Assembly: GCA_023334545.1 (NCBI GenBank)
Contig: JAADVB010000133.1
Span: 1 to 50,713 of the forward strand
From: Salisapilia sapeloensis CBS 127946
Taxonomy: Eukaryota; Protista; Oomycota
Direction of reading: 5' to 3'
DNA length: 50,713 nt
Shown in pieces: positions 43,801-50,713 of this stretch. How positions within the stretch are numbered: the first letter of the stretch is position 1; each line of letters opens with the position of its first letter. The position numbers were made by a program, and so were the translations under genes. Below the pieces are notes generated by a model that was not told where the DNA came from, did no database searches, and was given only the letters and a program-made list of their open reading frames with translations.

Positions 43801-45010
43801 CTTCAAACTTTTGCTCGACACAAGACGAGAATACTTGTGCGTTCATGATCGTCGAGTCTAGATTCACTAACAGGCGTTCAAATTGTTTAACACGATCGAC
43901 CGTGAGGTTGTATCGAGGTGGATCGGATCGAACGTATTGCATCATACGCTTGTATCGATCCCATGCGAGAGCGATCTGAGGATTATCACGAACGATCGCA
44001 TCCAATGTGATCATCAGTTGCAACAGATCTCCTAGTGCGTCAAAGACAGGGTATAGATGCACGAGTTTAAACGTCGATTTCCACAGCTTTTGGAAGCTTT
44101 GGTACAGACTCGCGAGCTGCTGAATCAAATTAACAACGATCGAGTTGCATCTTTCGACAAAGTTGGACAAGTCCTGGAAGAACGACAGCATTCGGCCCAT
44201 TTGCATCTCTGGATCACCTGGCTGCACCGTGTCGTCTTCCTCTAGGTTAGATGGCTGACCGAACATGATGAGTGTTGGGTAGAAAATGTTCTCTGCAGTC
44301 AGTTTAAGCTCAGAGATTTCATCGCACAAGACGGTGAAGACCGTCAGGACTTTATTGAACAGCTCATTGTCCGTCTTGACCAGGTCTTGGACGTCCACAC
44401 GCTCTGTCGAGTGCAGGAAAAGCTGTACTGGATCCGCCCAGTAGCCCCAGACTTCCGACATGGATGAAGTGATTGCATCTTCCACTTCTTTCAATTTGCT
44501 CGTGTGCGTATTGATGATCTCCAAGGCTCTTTCCACTTGCTCATTAATGGGCTGGTCTTGTGCTTCGAGGTCTGTGCCCAGTGCTTCATCCAGTTCTTCA
44601 TCAGGGATATTCCAGTGCTCTGTAATCGTCGATAGAGCAGCGTTGCTCTCCCGACGTTTCTTCGTCGGACCAAAATTGGACACGAAGGAAGACTGGCGAG
44701 ATCTCGAAGCGTGCGATCGAGATAATCGGCTCGAAACAGAGGACACGCTCGAGTTCGAGCGAGATCTGCCTGAATTTCGTTGTCCCCGAGTCGAACCCTT
44801 TTTGTCCGTCAATGCTGTGAGGCGCAGGTCGCGATCGGAAAGCTGGGACGCTCGACTGTCCGCTCGGCCCATATCGAACCGCGTCGAGTCTGCCCATGAC
44901 ACATCTGATGCGTCACTAGAAGCACTTATGCTCCCCCGTCTCGAAAACTCCTCTTTTTCCTCCTTCTCTTCCTGCTTTGCCTTGCTCTTACGATGCTTCC
45001 GGCCGCTCAT
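40874..45010 (-). CDS. WASHC4: WASH complex subunit 4 (SWIP/KIAA1033); 1360 aa
   Basis: Exons 41126-45010 and 40874-41071 (54-nt intron). NLTTVALHDWKTYGEMR, QGLDILQIMRNI, YNYNLNQQFFIE, RTHGMGILNTTVNFTYQFL, FTDDGFAIGVAYIL, and EFDLL...ARIFF. Confidence 0.95.
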
Positions 45011-45510
45011 CACGCACTCGAAGTTCTTTCGGATCCCGACGTAGCGATATACAAAGAAATGTTACTTTTCTTTTCTTTACTTTTCTCTCTTTCATGTTCT
45101 TTTGTAATCTTTTCTTTTAAATTTCAGCAATCGCGAGGCGGTTGATTACCAATGCCATAGACCGGACAGCGTTCCCGATGTTGGCATTATGAGAACATAG
45201 ATGCTTCGTGAGGAATAAATCCAGTATAGATCGAAGCATGGGTGTGGATTCTAAGTGTGGAGAGGATGCTTCATGCTGGAGAGGTTGGGTACAATACAAT
45301 GCGAATGCTCTTCATCCATCCAAAATCTCATGATAATTCTTCAGCTGGGTACACTGATGGCTATCAAGACGGGTAGGATTGTTTAACCAGCTTTTCGCAT
45401 ACATGTGGATCTACCCAATATTTGTGTATTCTATCCACCTCTGCAGGTGGTCTTCTCAATCTTAATTCTTCGTTGAGCCACACAAGTCCTCTCTCTTCTC
45501 CTCAACCAAT

Positions 45511-46314
45511 ATGCTTCGCTCGCTTTTCACTGCCGGTATTGCTGCCAGTCTCTCTCTTGCTGCTGCCCAGACGACATACACGTACTCGTTTGACCCGGAG
45601 AATGCTGCTGGTATCGATGGCGCTATCCTCGTTACGTACGACGGACAGGAACCTTCGGACTATGACGAAGCTCCGACGAATAAAGTGACCATCAAGGCTG
45701 CGCTCGACTTTTCCAACGCCGATATGTCTTCGTTGCAAGACGGAGACGATGACTGTCCGGCGGAGATCACCGAGTATAAGTGGCACATCCACACCAAGTG
45801 GTCTTCAAATAAGACGAGTGCCTCTTTCGACGGATGCTCCCTCGCAAATGTTGGTAACCACTTCGACCCGACATTTGCCTGTGGTCCCAACTCGGAGCAC
45901 AACAAAGATGAAGAATGTGAAAATGCTAAAGGTGACTACAGCTGCAGTCCTGTGAACTACCTGAAAGACTTGACGTCCTGTGAACAAGGCGATCTGTCCG
46001 GTAAACTTGGTTCCTTTAAACTCGACAACGATTCGCTTGTCATCGAAGAGTGGACCGACCCATTCTTCCCTGCCGAAAGCTCACAGACGGATGGATGGAA
46101 CATTGTCGTCCACGCTAGTTGCAATGGTTCTGCTCCTCGTGTCGCATGCGCCAACATTCGTGAAGTTGACGTCAAGACTGAATACACCGAGGAGAGTGGC
46201 TCTATGGACAGCTCTTCCAGCGATAAGAGTGTCTCTGTGGGAGACACTTCTGGTAGCGAGGAAAGTGGCTCGATGGAAGACAATACCAGTGTTGAGGCAG
46301 GTAGCTCCGAATAA
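45511..46314 (+). CDS. Secreted Cu/Zn-SOD-fold protein with the Cu-only (SOD5-type) signature
   Basis: Signal peptide; Cu ligands WHIH, GNHFDP and IVVH; CEQGDLSGK instead of SOD1 HVGDLGN; RVACANI; acidic Ser-rich tail. Confidence 0.82.
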   Translation: MLRSLFTAGIAASLSLAAAQTTYTYSFDPENAAGIDGAILVTYDGQEPSDYDEAPTNKVTIKAALDFSNADMSSLQDGDDDCPAEITEYKWHIHTKWSSNKTSASFDGCSLANVGNHFDPTFACGPNSEHNKDEECENAKGDYSCSPVNYLKDLTSCEQGDLSGKLGSFKLDNDSLVIEEWTDPFFPAESSQTDGWNIVVHASCNGSAPRVACANIREVDVKTEYTEESGSMDSSSSDKSVSVGDTSGSEESGSMEDNTSVEAGSSE

Positions 46315-46382
46315 AAAGTAGATAAAGTAAATGCAAATGCTGCATATCCAAACGACTCTTTTCCATTTGCTTTTACTTTGAT

Positions 46383-47633
46383 CTAGTACTCCTTCTTGAT
46401 CATCTTGGCAATCGTGTCCAATTGCATGAAGCTCGTACCTTCGTAGATGCTTCCGATCTTGGAATCACGCAAGTACTTTTCAATGATCAAGTTCTTGGAG
46501 AACGCAATACCACCGTGCATCTCAATACACTTCGATGCAGTGTTCTCTGCCACTCGCGAAGCATACAACTTGGCCATTGCAGCTTCCTTGACGAAAGGAA
46601 GACCACTGTCCTTGAGTCTCGCGGCGTTGTACGTGAGGAGACGAGCAGCTTCGATCTCCGTTGCAAGACCTGCATACTGGTGCTCCATTGCTTGGAAGTC
46701 GCCAACGGCAGTGCCGAACTGCTTGCGGTCGAAAAGGTACGGCATCGTACGGTCAAAGACACCTTGGGCGAGACCGAGCATCTGGGCTGCGATACCGATA
46801 CGACCTTCGTTCAAAGTACCAATAGCGACCTTGTATCCCTTACCAACCTCTCCCAACACATTCTCCTTCGGAACCATCACGTCTTCCATGGTCACGGTAC
46901 AAGTGGAGGAGCAGCGGATACCAAGCTTGTCCTCCGGCTTGCCAATCTCCAGTCCCTCCGACTCTCGGTCGACGATGAAGCACGTGATGCCCTTGTAACC
47001 CTGGGAAGGGTCGACGTTGGCAAACACGAGGTAGACACCAGCCCAGCCAGAGTTGGAGATCCACATCTTCTGTCCGTTTAGCTTGTAGTGACTTCCGTCC
47101 GAAGACAGCTCCGCACGGGTCTTGAGGGAGAAGGCGTCACTGCCGGCGCCAGCTTCCGTCAGACAGAAGCTTCCGATCATGTCCGAACAGAGTCTCGGGA
47201 GGTACTTGTTCTTCTGCTCCTCCGTTCCGTACATGAGGAAGACGTTGTTCACGATCGTGTTCTGCAAGTCGCACAAGACCGCGACGGCCGGATCCACCTT
47301 GGACAGCTCTTCGATGGTCAAACAAGCGTTCATGAACGAAGTCTCTGTACCACCGTACTCGGCGGGGATTTCCATGGCCATGAGGCCGTTCTCAAACAGA
47401 CCTTGCGTGACGTCCGAACGCATCTCGCTCGATTCATCCATCTCACGCACGTGCGGCTCAATGACATCGGCAGCAAACTTGGAGACAGTATCTTTGAACA
47501 TGGTCTCTTCTTCAGAAAGCACCGTGAGAGGGGCGCCTTCTGTGCTAAAGTGCTGTCGAAGTGGACGGGAGACTTGACGCCGCGAGGCGTGGAGCACGCG
47601 GCGGGTCGTGAGCATGGCGAGTCGGCTTGTCAT
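46383..47633 (-). CDS. ACADSB: Short/branched-chain acyl-CoA dehydrogenase, mitochondrial
   Basis: Presequence; [45 protein letters not shown], and IYEGTS (catalytic Glu). Confidence 0.95.
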   Translation of the reverse strand: MTSRLAMLTTRRVLHASRRQVSRPLRQHFSTEGAPLTVLSEEETMFKDTVSKFAADVIEPHVREMDESSEMRSDVTQGLFENGLMAMEIPAEYGGTETSFMNACLTIEELSKVDPAVAVLCDLQNTIVNNVFLMYGTEEQKNKYLPRLCSDMIGSFCLTEAGAGSDAFSLKTRAELSSDGSHYKLNGQKMWISNSGWAGVYLVFANVDPSQGYKGITCFIVDRESEGLEIGKPEDKLGIRCSSTCTVTMEDVMVPKENVLGEVGKGYKVAIGTLNEGRIGIAAQMLGLAQGVFDRTMPYLFDRKQFGTAVGDFQAMEHQYAGLATEIEAARLLTYNAARLKDSGLPFVKEAAMAKLYASRVAENTASKCIEMHGGIAFSKNLIIEKYLRDSKIGSIYEGTSFMQLDTIAKMIKKEY

Positions 47634-48028
47634 CGTGGGAGAAAATTGAGGAATTGCGTCTCCAGGCCAAAGCGCTTGAAGTAGAAAGTTTCAAATCGCT
47701 GAATCCAATCATACCAAGCGTAGGGACGTGATTCGTGTCGAGGCCAGAAGCTCCATCCTTCATGCGTATCTGCTAATCAACTTGAAGTTCCAATGATCTC
47801 ATCTAATCTGTTCTCAGATGCGCTAAAACACAGGTTTTAATGGATAGTTCAAGTGGTTTTAGCTATTTACTCTACTTGAAGTTGTAAAATTTAGGTTTAA
47901 AGAGAGAATTATATATTTTATGAATAGCTTGTATGGAAGGGAAGATCCAGTGTACTTGTAAAATGCACGAAATAAAAGTTAATCCATCGTCGCCCATAAA
48001 GCTGCCACATCAATCGAGCATCTTGGCC

Positions 48029-50440
48029 ATGCAATCGCCGGACGTGGACTTTGGGGTCAAGCGGTCGAGCTCCAGCTATGGACGCTCAGACCAAGTGTTT
48101 GGAGGTTCTGTCGGTGCCACTCTCGCCAGTATATCACGTACATATGGACGTCGATCGGCCTTGCAACGTCCTTTGCTCATCGTATCCGTCATCGGCGCTT
48201 TCTTCATGCTCTTTTCGTCTGACTTTCGACCGATCTTTATGGTCTTAACTATCTGTGGCTATGGTGCTATCTTTTCATTCTACCTCTCTGCCTCCGTCCT
48301 GCGTGCAGATGAAGGTACGCCTGAAATGCAAGAGGTTGCGAACCCGATTCGAGAGGGTGCAGAAGGCTTCCTACGCATCCAATACTCTGCGATCCTTCGT
48401 ATTGCTATTGGAATTGCTGCACTTATCTTCTTTAGCTATGCACTACGTCCTGCCAGTACCTTGTCGGAAGGTGTAGAGCAGCTAGGCAATACGACTTTAG
48501 GTATATTGGGCTCGCTCTCGTTCTTAATCGGTGCTGTATGCTCCGCAGCAGCAGGGTACATTAGTATGTGGGTGTCTGCCCAGTCGAATATCCGCGTGGC
48601 AAGTGCAGCTCGTCGATCCTATGGCGAAGCTTTGCTTCTATGCTTCCGTGGTGGCGCCTTCTCCGCCGTCCTGGACATTACGTTATGTGTTGCTGGCGTT
48701 AGCCTGCTCTACCTCACTCTCTACTTCTTCTTCTCTTCTTACTTGAAACCTACCGATATCCCATTACTCATGGTCGGATACGGCTTCGGCGCGTCCTTCG
48801 TAGCGCTATTCATGCAGCTTGGAGGTGGCATCTACACCAAAGCTGCTGATGTCGGTGCTGATCTTGTTGGCAAAGTCGAGGTCGGTATCCCAGAGGACGA
48901 TCCACGTAACCCAGCCGTCATCGCGGATCTTGTCGGTGACATGGTAGGCGATTGTGTTGGTAGCAGTGCCGATGTCTTTGAAAGCGTTGCTGCTGAAATC
49001 ATTGGTGCGATGATTCTCGGAGGCACACTGGCTAGACAGACGAACATGTCGTCTCCAGTCTCATATGTCTTCTTCCCTGTCGTTGTCCATGCCTTTGACA
49101 TTGTCGTTAGCAGTGTTGGCATCATGTCTGTGAAAGCACCCTCCGACTCTCGTACGAACGACAACCCTATGAGCACGCTTCAGACAGGATACAACGTCTC
49201 GCTCGCTTTAGCACTCGTTGCCTTTGCATTCACCACTCGTTGGCTGTTGTACCTAGACGAACATCCCACTGCATGGTTCCACTTCTTCCTCTGTGGCGTT
49301 GTGGGTATGCTTACAGCCTATGTCTTCGTTCGTTCTACGCAGTACTACACAGATTATGCTTATGAGCCCGTCCGCAGTATTGCTAAAGCTAGTACCACTG
49401 GCCACGGGACGAACATTATCACTGGTGTAGCAGTCGGCATGAAGTCCACTGTCATCCCGACTGTCTCTGTCAGCATCGCTGTCACGGCTGCGTACCACCT
49501 AGGCGCCACGTCTGGTGTCGGCGGTGAAGCCAACAGCCGCAACGCTGGTCTCTTCGGCACAGCTGTGGCGACGATGGGCATGCTGTCGTCCGCTGCTTTC
49601 GTGCTAGCAATGAACAACTACGGTCCGATCGCGGACAATGCTGGCGGCGTTGCAGAGATGAGCCAGCAGCCAGAGCATGTGCGTGACGCGACGGATCGAT
49701 TGGACGCGGCCGGTAATGTCACGAAAGCCATCACGAAAGGATACTCCATCGGTAGTGCTGCTCTCGCGTGCTTTGTCTTGTTTGGAGCCTTCATGGATGA
49801 GTTCTCGGAGTTTGCTGGGACGCCATTCCGGACGGTTGATATCGCCACGGTCGAAGTGCTTGTGGGTGGACTCTTGGGTACGATGATGGTGTTCTTCTTC
49901 ACTGGTCTAGCTGTTGCCGCAGTGGGTGACACTGCCGGAGAAGTGGTCAACGAGGTTCGCCGCCAGTTTGAAGTGTACCCTGGTATCATGGAGTACAAGC
50001 AGAAACCAGATTACCGTACGTGCGTGGCGTTGGTGACTAAAGCTGCTTTGAAGCAAATGCGTTTCCCAGGGCTCTTGGCAGTCTTGTTGCCAGTCACAGT
50101 AGGACTTGTATTCCGAGTCGTGGGAGACTACCAGGGAAAACCATTGCTAGGCGCGGAAGCATTGGCTGGGTACCTCATGTTCGGTACAGTTACTGGTATC
50201 ATGATGGCGCTCTTCCTGGACAATGTCGGCGGCGCGTGGGATAATGCGAAGAAGTATGTCGAATTGGGTAACTTTGGTGGCAAGAATAGTGAGGCGCATA
50301 AGGCGGCTGTGACTGGTGATACGGTTGGAGATCCATTCAAGGACACGGCCGGACCAGCGTTACATGTAGTCATCAAGCTCTTATCCACGACAGTACTCGT
50401 CTTTGGACCGCTGTTCGTGTCACGAGTGACAACCGAGTAA
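48029..50440 (+). CDS. H+-translocating membrane pyrophosphatase, K+-independent type II (AVP2/VHP2-like)
   Basis: GGGIYTKAADVGADLVGKVE...EDDPRNP..IAD.VGD.VGD, GNVTKAITKG (Lys at the K+-dependence determinant), GGAWDNAKK, and GDTVGDPFKDTAGP. The start at MQSPDV (48029) is preferred over 47933. Confidence 0.95.
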   Translation: MQSPDVDFGVKRSSSSYGRSDQVFGGSVGATLASISRTYGRRSALQRPLLIVSVIGAFFMLFSSDFRPIFMVLTICGYGAIFSFYLSASVLRADEGTPEMQEVANPIREGAEGFLRIQYSAILRIAIGIAALIFFSYALRPASTLSEGVEQLGNTTLGILGSLSFLIGAVCSAAAGYISMWVSAQSNIRVASAARRSYGEALLLCFRGGAFSAVLDITLCVAGVSLLYLTLYFFFSSYLKPTDIPLLMVGYGFGASFVALFMQLGGGIYTKAADVGADLVGKVEVGIPEDDPRNPAVIADLVGDMVGDCVGSSADVFESVAAEIIGAMILGGTLARQTNMSSPVSYVFFPVVVHAFDIVVSSVGIMSVKAPSDSRTNDNPMSTLQTGYNVSLALALVAFAFTTRWLLYLDEHPTAWFHFFLCGVVGMLTAYVFVRSTQYYTDYAYEPVRSIAKASTTGHGTNIITGVAVGMKSTVIPTVSVSIAVTAAYHLGATSGVGGEANSRNAGLFGTAVATMGMLSSAAFVLAMNNYGPIADNAGGVAEMSQQPEHVRDATDRLDAAGNVTKAITKGYSIGSAALACFVLFGAFMDEFSEFAGTPFRTVDIATVEVLVGGLLGTMMVFFFTGLAVAAVGDTAGEVVNEVRRQFEVYPGIMEYKQKPDYRTCVALVTKAALKQMRFPGLLAVLLPVTVGLVFRVVGDYQGKPLLGAEALAGYLMFGTVTGIMMALFLDNVGGAWDNAKKYVELGNFGGKNSEAHKAAVTGDTVGDPFKDTAGPALHVVIKLLSTTVLVFGPLFVSRVTTE

Positions 50441-50668
50441 GCAAACGAACGAACGTAATGGAAATCACAATTCACAACTTTTCGTTTGATCAAAGATACT
50501 TTGGCTGACTACTTATCGAGCAGGATCAGATACACCAACAAGACGAAATGACAAACGAAGGATATTGTTCACCGTATCTTGGTTATACTGAAGACAAGAG
50601 AATTGATATTGAAGTTCGCGCCAGGCGGCGGTGTGCATTTAGATAAATACTATGTACAGATATGCTAC

Positions 50669-50713
50669 TTAGCCGAGGACGGCGATGGGCGGTGGCGCCG
50701 CGACCTCTGATGC
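50669..50713 (-). CDS. Possible 3' end of a minus-strand gene entering from beyond the window (...ASEVAAPPPIAVLG*)
   Basis: GC-rich, coding-like 15 codons ending in TAA, followed by AT-rich UTR-like sequence. Too short to identify. Confidence 0.3.
   Translation of the reverse strand, partial: ASEVAAPPPIAVLG

Noticed and set aside
16424-46314. Apparent metal/oxidative-stress cluster (MICU1, ferroportin, OGG1, Cu-SOD)
   Set aside because: The genes are interspersed with unrelated housekeeping genes over 30 kb, with no shared motif. Coincidence is the parsimonious explanation.
1-50713. Transposons, CRISPR arrays, rRNA/tRNA and telomeric repeats
   Set aside because: I recognised no transposase, RT or integrase motifs, terminal repeats with TSDs, spaced direct repeats or structural RNA signatures; short ncRNAs could be missed without Infernal.

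Overview
Eukaryotic nuclear DNA, most consistent with an oomycete/stramenopile. This is inferred from the gene content, the B9 flagellar gene, a Cu-only SOD, a TM-RanBP2-HECT ligase and short GT-AG introns; the species cannot be determined. The region is very compact. I built about 25 protein-coding gene models by hand-splicing, with about 49 introns, nearly all 50-69 nt, which the ORF track fragments or misses. Genes in order: SWEET (partial), Nup155, ArfGAP-C2, an FHA/CHAT-like/STAND NTPase gene, B9D2-like, mS38/COX24, CPSF3, sulfotransferase, MICU1, Kelch-BTB, ferroportin, OGG1, myotubularin, DAG lipase, a possible orphan, PP2C, PA-RING E3, RPA12, TM-RanBP2-HECT E3, CDK9/CDKC-like kinase, p24/TMED, a small 2-TM protein, WASHC4, Cu-only SOD, ACADSB and a K+-independent H+-PPase. 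I recognised no tRNA, rRNA, CRISPR array or transposon. The most striking item is the NLR-like gene at 7144-10374: an FHA domain, a catalytically dead CHAT (caspase-like) domain, and an NB-ARC-type STAND NTPase with no C-terminal sensor repeats. Other unusual architectures are ArfGAP-C2-ATG2/VPS13-C-terminal-like, a TM-less PA domain inside an RNF126-like RING E3, and a ferroportin with a probable hydrophobic N-terminal extension. All domain calls come from motifs recognised by eye; no database searches were run.
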